Position numbers and translations under genes: made by a program
DNA from: a virus
Lineage: Duplodnaviria > Caudoviricetes
Reading direction: 5' to 3' (one strand)
Virus record (IMG/VR): IMGVR_UViG_3300012952_000111
Span: 1 to 26,519 of that record
DNA: 26,519 nt
Shown here: one piece after another, positions 1 through 6,947 of the stretch
Layout: each line of letters starts with the position of its first letter
Numbering within the stretch: the stretch's first letter is position 1
Notes under the pieces: model-generated
Told to the model about the DNA's origin: nothing
What the model saw: the letters and a program-made list of their open reading frames with translations, nothing else
Databases searched by the model: none

Positions 1-276
1 CATAATGATCTTGTAGTACTTACGACCTGACTCAGTTACAAAATTATAGTCACTGATACCTTTCTTTAACTGTTCAATTTGTTCTGTGTGATACTTACTG
101 TTTGATTCTTCTGCAAGATAACGTTCATGACTCCTGATTGAATCGTTAATGTAGTCCTGCTTGAGTGCATTACATAAATCATTTACCCATACTAGGACGT
201 TCTGAGCAATTTGTAATTGAGCTTCTTGTACCTGTTTCTTTGTTTTTGGTGTAGCAGATAAATGAAGAGTGGTCAT
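1..276 (-). CDS. Conserved cyanophage early hypothetical protein, partial (3' end runs off the window)
   Basis: Not in the ORF track. ATG at 276, open to base 1: MTTLHLSATPKTKKQVQEAQLQIAQNVLVWVNDLCNALKQDY...YNFVTESGRKYYKIIM. Lies directly behind an early-type promoter with an AAGG(T) RBS-like leader. The GRKYYKI motif resembles a common T4-like cyanophage early protein. Confidence 0.8.
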   Translation of the reverse strand, partial: MTTLHLSATPKTKKQVQEAQLQIAQNVLVWVNDLCNALKQDYINDSIRSHERYLAEESNSKYHTEQIEQLKKGISDYNFVTESGRKYYKIIM

Positions 277-304
277 AATGTTGTACCTTTGTTTGTATAC
301 TATT

Positions 305-363
305 ATTATACACGAGCATATGGCACATGCCACTAGCTGTGTGACACTAATATTACTGGCACA
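305..363 (-). promoter_or_regulatory. Early-type sigma70-like promoter with upstream 24-bp imperfect palindrome
   Basis: Minus strand: TGTGCCAGT-AATATT-AGTGTCACA (363-340), 6 nt, GTGGCA (-35, 333-328), 17 nt, TATAAT (310-305), then leader to ATG at 276. Same geometry as the element at 1516-1574. Confidence 0.75.
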
Positions 364-916
364 AGGTGTCTACACTATGAACCCATGTCTGTTTTAATAG
401 TTCTGTTACCTTCGTACAAATATAATCATCATTCTCAATACTCTTTCCTCCCTGTTGATGTGCGAACAAACAGTTATCTGACTCTAAATGTATCTTGAAA
501 TCCTCCTTCGTAAACCATACTAGACGTGCATCTGTTTCTCTCTTGTTAATACCAAAGAATACCAGTATCTCCCAATCCTTCTCACGAGATACATGGTTAA
601 TAATAAATGAGTCTTCCTTGACTCCTCCCTTCTTGTTACGTGTAGCAAGTGAGAACTTAATCTCTGTGAGTATATCATTTACCACACGATCATGTCCTGC
701 TGTAGATGTCTTTGCTCTCTTTACCGTGTGTCCTGCTCCTTTTAAATATTTGGTTACAAATCTCTCTCCGAATTCTCCCTTTTGTTTAGGTGACATGTGT
801 ACATATCCCTTAAATGGAGTGTCCTCCCACGGATCTTGCGCATTTGACATAATATAGTCGCGGAGACTACCATCATTGAAGCAAGTATTAAACATAGTGG
901 GTGGACGTAACTTCAT
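353..916 (-). CDS. Putative PD-(D/E)XK restriction-endonuclease-like nuclease
   Basis: 187 aa with KGEFGERFVTKYL (helix Glu), GHDRVV (Asp) and TEIKFS (ExK) in the order and spacing typical of the PD-(D/E)XK fold. Confidence 0.65.
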   Translation of the reverse strand: MKLRPPTMFNTCFNDGSLRDYIMSNAQDPWEDTPFKGYVHMSPKQKGEFGERFVTKYLKGAGHTVKRAKTSTAGHDRVVNDILTEIKFSLATRNKKGGVKEDSFIINHVSREKDWEILVFFGINKRETDARLVWFTKEDFKIHLESDNCLFAHQQGGKSIENDDYICTKVTELLKQTWVHSVDTLCQ

Positions 917-919
917 TTA

Positions 920-1126
920 TTATAATGCATCTAAGTCTCTGCGTGCGTGCATAGTGTACAGTTCATCAACTGTCACCTCTAGCTTTGACGCTTCCTGCTC
1001 TAGTGATGTATCATCTAAATGTGATTCAAGATGATTGTATAGTCTAGTCTGACTAGAATGGTAGTCTCCCATCATCAGATTCATAAGATATCTGATCTGT
1101 GAGTGTGTGAGTGGTACTTGGTTCAT
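920..1126 (-). CDS. Small hypothetical protein
   Basis: ORF track 920..1144. The second Met (1126, MNQVPL...) avoids overlap with the upstream gene and is the more likely start. Tightly packed in the operon. Confidence 0.6.
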   Translation of the reverse strand: MNQVPLTHSQIRYLMNLMMGDYHSSQTRLYNHLESHLDDTSLEQEASKLEVTVDELYTMHARRDLDAL

Positions 1127-1131
1127 AATAA

Positions 1132-1329
1132 TTAGAATGGGCAATCGTCAGGTACAACATACTGTGGTTCGTCTCCTGACATCCACTTAGTACGTTGCTC
1201 ATCCTGCCATTTCATGTGTTCAACACGCTTGATCATTTCATCAACGTGTTGTTTCTCTTGCATTTGAATAGTAGTTAGATTATTTTCATACTGGTAATCT
1301 GTCCAGACAATATCATAATAGTATTTCAT
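1132..1329 (-). CDS. Small hypothetical protein with acidic C-terminus PDDCPF
   Basis: 65-aa ORF with an ATGA overlap with the upstream 54-aa ORF. Confidence 0.7.
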   Translation of the reverse strand: MKYYYDIVWTDYQYENNLTTIQMQEKQHVDEMIKRVEHMKWQDEQRTKWMSGDEPQYVVPDDCPF

Positions 1330-1490
1330 GCTAACTCCAAGTCAGATAGAAAACACTCTACTGTCATCATTTCATAGTCCATGATGTCTGTCATTACAAC
1401 AGCATAGTTGTTGAGTGGTTGATATACTACCACATGACCAGTAAGGTCATCATGTATTTTAGATTTGACGTTAGAACCAAGTTTGATCAT
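1326..1490 (-). CDS. Small hypothetical protein (54 aa, possibly SH3/KOW-like)
   Basis: Not in the ORF track. MIKLGSNVKSKIHDDLTGHVVVYQPLNNYAVVMTDIMDYEMMTVECFLSDLELA*. First gene after the promoter at 1516-1574, AGGT RBS-like leader, TGA overlaps the next ATG. Confidence 0.75.
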   Translation of the reverse strand: MIKLGSNVKSKIHDDLTGHVVVYQPLNNYAVVMTDIMDYEMMTVECFLSDLELA

Positions 1491-1515
1491 AATGTAACCT
1501 GTTTAGTATACACAT

Positions 1516-1574
1516 ATTATAATGCAATATAATAACATGTGCAACAGTAATGTGACACTAGCTTAACTGTCCAC
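1516..1574 (-). promoter_or_regulatory. Early-type sigma70-like promoter with upstream imperfect palindrome
   Basis: Minus strand: GTGGACAGT-TAAGCT-AGTGTCACA (1574-1551), 6 nt, TTGCAC (-35, 1544-1539), 17 nt, TATAAT (1521-1516), leader to ATG at 1490. Confidence 0.8.
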
Positions 1575-1787
1575 TACTTTAACTGATGACCAGAGACGCT
1601 CAAAGATACAGATATTTACTGCTCTTACTGTTCCCTCTGTTCCCTCAACAGTTAGAGTGAAGTAACTAGTTGGTGTGTCTGGGTGTAGATGTGATCTAGT
1701 TGCGAAGCATATGCAGTTAACATATCCTCTGTATCCATCAACTTCTATTAGATCACCTCTTTTAAAATGTAGATCACTCTGCTTCAT
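1563..1787 (-). CDS. Small hypothetical protein (beta-rich, possibly SH3-like)
   Basis: 74 aa with an FKRGDLIEVDGYRGYV pattern. Co-directional and overlapping its neighbours. Confidence 0.7.
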   Translation of the reverse strand: MKQSDLHFKRGDLIEVDGYRGYVNCICFATRSHLHPDTPTSYFTLTVEGTEGTVRAVNICIFERLWSSVKVVDS

Positions 1788-1983
1788 CTACATCAAAATA
1801 CTTGCGGTCTTTGTTCTCTGGTTTAGGTAACCTAAACATTTCCTTCAAGTCATTGAGATCATTGATTTGTTTCTGTAAATCATCCATCCTTGCCTGTAGA
1901 AGCTCAAAATTGTGATCGTTGTTGCTCTGCATCATCAGCATATTCTGGATTGCCGATTTGAATTCTTCTTCTTTCATCTGCAT
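1774..1983 (-). CDS. Small coiled-coil hypothetical protein
   Basis: 69 aa with a heptad pattern (LLQARMDDLQKQINDLNDL). Start may be the second Met (1977). Confidence 0.65.
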   Translation of the reverse strand: MQMKEEEFKSAIQNMLMMQSNNDHNFELLQARMDDLQKQINDLNDLKEMFRLPKPENKDRKYFDVDEAE

Positions 1984-2131
1984 TAATTAGGGATAATTGA
2001 CGCTGTAGTTCATATTCTACTACAATAAGGTGATCTTGTAAATACTTTTCAAACTGATTGTCTTTTATGAGAGTTTGAACATCATTAATAAGTACGAGTG
2101 ACTTAAGCATTCTCTCTTTCTCTGTTTTCAT
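1904..2131 (-). CDS. Small helical hypothetical protein
   Basis: 75 aa. TAATG overlap with the upstream gene; the 3' end overlaps the next ORF by 80 nt. Confidence 0.65.
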   Translation of the reverse strand: MKTEKERMLKSLVLINDVQTLIKDNQFEKYLQDHLIVVEYELQRQLSLINADERRRIQIGNPEYADDAEQQRSQF

Positions 2132-2448
2132 TAGTATCTATTTGGTATGTTATTACGCATGAACTCCATTGTTCTTGCATTTGGTGTCATGTACTTTGCT
2201 GTCATAACTTTTGCACTTTCTATTTCATCACTCTCATCTGGATTAGTATGATGTGTAACTTCTCTCAATGTCTTGAGATAGTCTAATACATGTGTCCTGA
2301 TCTCCATGAGTTCATCAAAGCATCCTTGGTTATGAGCACAACCTCTTAAGTTATGATCTGGTGCTAAAACTGACTCTGTGAATAGAGCAAGTGCTCTATC
2401 ATATTTGACCTCTGGACTTTCCTTACCTACTGATGCTTGATCTTTCAT
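2131..2448 (-). CDS. Conserved cyanophage hypothetical protein
   Basis: 105 aa with FTESVLAPDHNLRGCAHNQGCFDELMEIR, a motif I recall from T4-like cyanophages. Confidence 0.75.
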   Translation of the reverse strand: MKDQASVGKESPEVKYDRALALFTESVLAPDHNLRGCAHNQGCFDELMEIRTHVLDYLKTLREVTHHTNPDESDEIESAKVMTAKYMTPNARTMEFMRNNIPNRY

Positions 2449-2460
2449 TGTTTTAATTGT

Positions 2461-2691
2461 TTAAACGTCACCAACACTATCTATATTCTGAATATCACAT
2501 ACTGGTACTTCATGCTCACCACCAATTAAATACCATGGCATCTTTTGTCCATGTAACTCTGGGTGTGCACAATAATCTGATGTATATTCTCTCTCACCGA
2601 GATACTTCATTTGATCTTCTGGAATAGAATGATCTCTTAACATTGCTTGTAGCTGCAAGTGTGTCAACTCTAGCTGCGTAGGTACTTTCAT
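2461..2691 (-). CDS. Conserved cyanophage hypothetical protein
   Basis: 76 aa (HLQLQAMLRDH...WYLIGGEHEVPVCDI); fits the operon packing. Confidence 0.75.
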   Translation of the reverse strand: MKVPTQLELTHLQLQAMLRDHSIPEDQMKYLGEREYTSDYCAHPELHGQKMPWYLIGGEHEVPVCDIQNIDSVGDV

Positions 2692-3145
2692 TAGATCTCC
2701 ATTGTTTTCTCATTTTAACATATATGTCATTTTTTGCAACCATGTCACGAACACTCTTAAATATTCTAGCAGACTTAGCAAAATGACAAGTAGCATGATC
2801 TGGTTCTTGGGGTATTATATTACCTTTTTTATCATACTTTTTACCATCTCTATGATTGGCATATCTCCTTGATCTAGTAAAACCCATTTCAAGAAACTTA
2901 CGACACATATCCATACCTATAAAGTCTTCCTCTTCTAAGTAATCTAGATACATGTCAAATATAGTATGAGCAGACATCATTGCAATTTTTGGAGTCTTAA
3001 ATCTCCAATGAGCACATATATCGTCAGTATAAGGGCGAACCAATAGAACTCCTTGCTCTCCCCTTCCAATACGATAAAGTTTACGAGTTTCCTCGTCTGT
3101 AAAATCAAGTCTTTTGTAATTGAGTCCATAATTAAATTCAAGCAT
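2594..3145 (-). CDS. DUF4385 family protein
   Basis: Signature YRIGRGEQGVLLVRPY...WRFKTP...DFIGMDMCRKFLEMGFTRSRRYANH. Confidence 0.85.
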   Translation of the reverse strand: MLEFNYGLNYKRLDFTDEETRKLYRIGRGEQGVLLVRPYTDDICAHWRFKTPKIAMMSAHTIFDMYLDYLEEEDFIGMDMCRKFLEMGFTRSRRYANHRDGKKYDKKGNIIPQEPDHATCHFAKSARIFKSVRDMVAKNDIYVKMRKQWRSNESTYAARVDTLAATSNVKRSFYSRRSNEVSR

Positions 3146-3662
3146 TCCTTATATTAAAAGAAAAAACAACACGTTCTGATTTAGATTGTACCACTTTACA
3201 CTGATGTGTCAAGCAAGACGGAAAGAAAATAATATCTCCTTCACTAACCTCAGGAACATATTCTATCACATTACCCTCTATAAAATCAAGATATGGAGCA
3301 AAAAATGATGTAGGACTGTGATCGTCTTCTAACTTAGCATATAATATTGCTGTATAACCTACAGCTCCATGATTATGAAGTTGATGATAATCTCCACTAT
3401 TATATTTTTGACCCCATACATTAATAATATCAAATGCATGTGGATATACATCATCAAACTCTTTTAATGCAGGTTGTAGTATCTCAAACAATTTCTCTGC
3501 ATATGCAGGTAGTTTACCCTGTTGATGATATTTAAAATAATCTGTTTGATGACCATCACCATCCCCAGTATCAAGCATGTTAATGATCTCATCTTTATAA
3601 TCACTCCAGTTCTCAACAGTATGTGTAAAAACTGGTATCATAAATGCTATGTCACTATTCAT
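3138..3662 (-). CDS. Putative 2OG-Fe(II) oxygenase (TIGR02466-like)
   Basis: NVWGQKYNSGDYHQLHNH...YTAILY...EGDIIFFPSCLTH...ERVVFSFNI: double-stranded beta-helix with H-x-H...H and terminal R-x-x-x-SFN. Confidence 0.85.
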   Translation of the reverse strand: MNSDIAFMIPVFTHTVENWSDYKDEIINMLDTGDGDGHQTDYFKYHQQGKLPAYAEKLFEILQPALKEFDDVYPHAFDIINVWGQKYNSGDYHQLHNHGAVGYTAILYAKLEDDHSPTSFFAPYLDFIEGNVIEYVPEVSEGDIIFFPSCLTHQCKVVQSKSERVVFSFNIRNA

Positions 3663-4036
3663 ACATTCTTTCCTTTACGTAATGTATCGTTGTCATATTC
3701 AATAATACCATTTGGTCTCACAATATAACAGTGATACCAATATGTGTCATCACTCACCTCATCCTTACGAGGAAAATAGTCAGTCACAAAATCAAATGCT
3801 ATCTCTGCATTTTTAAATTCAATATATCCATAATACTTACTCTCTAACGTGACAGCTAGTTCTGCTGGTACTTCTTCATCAATCTTATAATAGTCAACAA
3901 CAATTTTCTTGGCATCATCTGATGTCACTTCTAATCTTGGGTTCTCCCAATATACTAGAGCACCAGAAATAGTTGAAGCATATGCCTCAATCTGATCCCA
4001 ATCTCTAGCACTATCAAACGTCTGTAGGTTCTGCAT
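3659..4036 (-). CDS. Hypothetical protein (acidic, Tyr-rich)
   Basis: 125-aa ORF overlapping both flanking oxygenase genes. Confidence 0.75.
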   Translation of the reverse strand: MQNLQTFDSARDWDQIEAYASTISGALVYWENPRLEVTSDDAKKIVVDYYKIDEEVPAELAVTLESKYYGYIEFKNAEIAFDFVTDYFPRKDEVSDDTYWYHCYIVRPNGIIEYDNDTLRKGKNV

Positions 4037-4547
4037 TTTTGTCCTCTACTTTCTTTAATTTATAAGCAGCACTAACTCTAATACCATAGAACTCTCTGCT
4101 CACATCTTCTGCATGGTGTAATATATCTGAAGGAAAACATACTGCTGATCCTGGTTTAGGAAATACACAATCAAATCTACCATCATCTTGTACAAACATA
4201 GTCTTACCACCCCACATCAAATCCCATACAGGATTGCAGAATACTATGAATGTATAATCTGCATCATCTTTGTGCATAAAACCATCTAGTCCTCTTGTAT
4301 GTCCATTGACATAGTAATCAAGAATCTTATGTTTAAATGGTACAAGAATATCAATCTTCTCAGGAATAACATTATCAAATATAGCATGTCCTCTTACATC
4401 CATCTTCCAGAACTTCTTATGTGGTGCTGTGTGATCACTAGTCGCACCCCATTGCCATCTAGCACGACTACATATTTTCTCAATCTCCTGCATCTCTTCT
4501 TTTGTGAGAATAGTATCCCATGACATAATATCAGTTAATAAAGACAT
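4014..4547 (-). CDS. 2OG-Fe(II) oxygenase (prolyl-4-hydroxylase-like)
   Basis: YVNGH...MHKDD (HxD), WGGKTMF, PKPGSAVCFPSDILHHA (distal His), RVSAAYKL (2OG-binding Arg). Confidence 0.9.
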   Translation of the reverse strand: MSLLTDIMSWDTILTKEEMQEIEKICSRARWQWGATSDHTAPHKKFWKMDVRGHAIFDNVIPEKIDILVPFKHKILDYYVNGHTRGLDGFMHKDDADYTFIVFCNPVWDLMWGGKTMFVQDDGRFDCVFPKPGSAVCFPSDILHHAEDVSREFYGIRVSAAYKLKKVEDKNAEPTDV

Positions 4548-4548
4548 A

Positions 4549-5214
4549 TTAGTTTCTCATTTGTAATTGACGTTTAACAATTCCACAACGAACATGATCA
4601 AGTAATACTAGAGTTTCACGATCTATTTCTCCCTCTCCTTCTGATACCTCATGAAGTTTGAAGTATAATTTATTCATCTCAGTTATATAATATCTCATCG
4701 TAGGATCTGGAATAGCACTTTCCATCCAAAATGTGACACATTTTCTAACACCATTGGTAACTGGTCTAACACCATGAATAAAATCAGATTGATAAATTAA
4801 TATTTTACCTGGTTCTAGTCTTCTTTCAATAGTTTCTGTTCCTATCTGAATGAAGTGTTCACCACCATCATAATCATCATTTAATGTTATAACAGCTGTA
4901 TAATCAGTTCTACTACCCCACATGTCCCAATAGTCTACATGATCAGCATAATGTTGTCCTAACTCATACTTCAGCATATAACATGGACTACATTTATTGA
5001 GTGGATGTAAATGATATATGTGGGATTCTTTTAAAATTTTAGTGATAGCAGTATTTGCCATCTTGTTTAAATCAATATCTGATTGCTGTGTATTGTCCTT
5101 TACTAATTTTGATTTAGGACCAGTTCTAGCACCATCAACAAATTTACCTGCATCAAATAAACTAGTAATTTGTCTTAATTGATTACGATCAAAGAAATCA
5201 TACTCATATATCAT
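4549..5214 (-). CDS. PKHD-type 2OG-Fe(II) hydroxylase (PiuC/YbiX-like)
   Basis: FVDGARTG...KDN N-terminus, YADHVD (HxD), RTDYTAVITLNDDYDGGE, IHGVRPVTNGVRKCVTFWMES and a helical C-terminal PKHD extension. Confidence 0.88.
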   Translation of the reverse strand: MIYEYDFFDRNQLRQITSLFDAGKFVDGARTGPKSKLVKDNTQQSDIDLNKMANTAITKILKESHIYHLHPLNKCSPCYMLKYELGQHYADHVDYWDMWGSRTDYTAVITLNDDYDGGEHFIQIGTETIERRLEPGKILIYQSDFIHGVRPVTNGVRKCVTFWMESAIPDPTMRYYITEMNKLYFKLHEVSEGEGEIDRETLVLLDHVRCGIVKRQLQMRN

Positions 5215-5216
5215 TA

Positions 5217-5492
5217 TTATTGCTCCTGTAGTTTCTCAACAACTGTTTTAGCTTGCATTGGTGCAATATCATTTAAACCATTAGCATCAAACCATGGTGC
5301 TTCTTCCCAATCAAATCCCTCACCGAATGTATTGTCAGGTGACATGACATACCAGTGACATCTAGCGTCAGGTATATCTACAGCACACACTGCCCAATCA
5401 TCTGCCCACTGTGGTACTTGTACATACATGACAGGTAGATGATTAGCAAAAAATGATAATATAATAGAAAAGAAAATCATATGCCGTTCCAA
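5217..5492 (-). CDS. Small membrane-anchored or secreted hypothetical protein (Trp/Asp-rich, one Cys pair)
   Basis: N-terminal hydrophobic stretch IFFSIILSFFA, then VPQWADDWAVC...CHWYV...FDWEEAPWFD. Confidence 0.7.
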   Translation of the reverse strand: MERHMIFFSIILSFFANHLPVMYVQVPQWADDWAVCAVDIPDARCHWYVMSPDNTFGEGFDWEEAPWFDANGLNDIAPMQAKTVVEKLQEQ

Positions 5493-5764
5493 AATGTGTC
5501 TGAAGGTGTTGCCATATTTCTTGAAATAAAATATAATCCTACGTTACATAGAAACCAATACACATTAGTTACCCATGCTTGTCTCCAACAGTATTTTCTG
5601 TTGCTCTGTACAATGTACATATTTCTTTCATTCATTGATGAGTCAACAGATAAAGGTCTGAACTTTAGAATCTGTTCTAGTACCAATGAAATTACAAAAC
5701 CGATGGCAAAGATGTAAAACATCAGGTTTAAAAACCCTGCTGCTGTTAGTAAAAATGGTATCAT
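5477..5764 (-). CDS. Small membrane protein (two predicted TM segments)
   Basis: Hydrophobic segments LLTAAGFLNLMFYIFAIGFVISLVL and AWVTNVYWFLCNVGLYFI. ATGA overlap with the upstream gene. Confidence 0.72.
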   Translation of the reverse strand: MIPFLLTAAGFLNLMFYIFAIGFVISLVLEQILKFRPLSVDSSMNERNMYIVQSNRKYCWRQAWVTNVYWFLCNVGLYFISRNMATPSDTFWNGI

Positions 5765-6093
5765 TGTTGTTGCTCCGCTATACTTTGAATGTATGTGTCT
5801 ACAGCTCTTTTATATTGTTCTAAAACATTTGGTAGAGGAGTACACATATTAATTATCTTATCATACCCAATCAAAAATGATGTGTCAGCTGAAAAGAACT
5901 TCCATGGTGTAAATATTACACCAACTTGGTTGTTTGTAATAGGTCCTGATCTAGTTAGTGTAAATGGATATACCATATTATAGCACAATTGTTGATCAAT
6001 ACCATCAACTTTCTCAGTATAATCTTTTATGTTGGAAATCACCTCTTCTCCCGATACTAACGTGAGAATGAGAATATTTAATTTATCATCCAT
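5761..6093 (-). CDS. Sm-like fold hypothetical protein of T4-like phages
   Basis: ILILTLVSGEEVIS...YPFTL...FTPWKFFSADTSFLIGYDKII...PLPNVLEQY matches the common L.SGE.I/I...P...F.PW...I..D.I....P....Y pattern. Confidence 0.7.
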   Translation of the reverse strand: MDDKLNILILTLVSGEEVISNIKDYTEKVDGIDQQLCYNMVYPFTLTRSGPITNNQVGVIFTPWKFFSADTSFLIGYDKIINMCTPLPNVLEQYKRAVDTYIQSIAEQQQ

Positions 6094-6100
6094 AATTTAG

Positions 6101-6943
6101 TTAAACGTTATTGTTTTTAATTTTCTCTAGTAGATCATTTATTTCAGCTTCTGTATCTGGATGTTGATCAATATAGTTTGCAGGAGCAAAGATAACATCA
6201 GGATTTTTAATTTTATAGTTAGATGCGATTGTCATTACAATTCTCTTAGTATACTCACTATATGTGTTTTCAGTAAAAGCTCCGAACTGATCATCAGTTT
6301 GTAGGTATGCCTTACCTTCATTCATTTTAACATTATCCAATCCTACTTTAGTAGACCAAATTGCATACAGTGGTGGATTTATAGGAAATTTAACATCATC
6401 AGCATCTTGACCATCATAGTCTTGTGGTAATGATCTTAACTTACTTCTATATGTTGTCCACTGTGTTTTTAAGTCAGAACTAAGAACAGCATCAGGCATC
6501 TGTGTCCAGTCACTATCTGAAAGAAGATAGTTTCTAATCATTCTGATACCTTCCCAAGATACTTTATTCCATCTACCATACTCATTGTATAGTTTTTCTT
6601 GAATAACTTCTTGTTCTGTGTCCTGATATTCAAAGTATTTTTCTTTGAGAGTTTCAGCAATCTGTGCTACTTCTACTTCAGTTGGTTCTACCCATTGATA
6701 TGTTTGCCATTTCCTAGCTTTGGTAGCACGATCATATACATACTTTTTCTTTTCAATACCGTATGAACCATCACTGAAATAATTCAAGTGAATCAAACGA
6801 TCTTTATCAGATGTCCAAAATGGAAATAGAATATTCTGAATATTGGCATTCCAATAGTCCTCGCCAATGAATTGTGTCTTTCCATCAACGATTATCATTC
6901 TTTCTAGTGCATTGACTTGCACTACTACACGGATGTCTGCCAT
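6101..6943 (-). CDS. Phage tail fibre assembly chaperone-domain protein
   Basis: WEGIRMIRNYLLSDSDWTQMPD...WTTYRSKLRSLPQ...VKFPINP is the tail assembly chaperone motif. Start moved to ATG 6943 (MADIRVVVQ), 4 nt after the upstream stop, instead of 7021. Confidence 0.85.
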   Translation of the reverse strand: MADIRVVVQVNALERMIIVDGKTQFIGEDYWNANIQNILFPFWTSDKDRLIHLNYFSDGSYGIEKKKYVYDRATKARKWQTYQWVEPTEVEVAQIAETLKEKYFEYQDTEQEVIQEKLYNEYGRWNKVSWEGIRMIRNYLLSDSDWTQMPDAVLSSDLKTQWTTYRSKLRSLPQDYDGQDADDVKFPINPPLYAIWSTKVGLDNVKMNEGKAYLQTDDQFGAFTENTYSEYTKRIVMTIASNYKIKNPDVIFAPANYIDQHPDTEAEINDLLEKIKNNNV

Positions 6944-6947
6944 TTGA

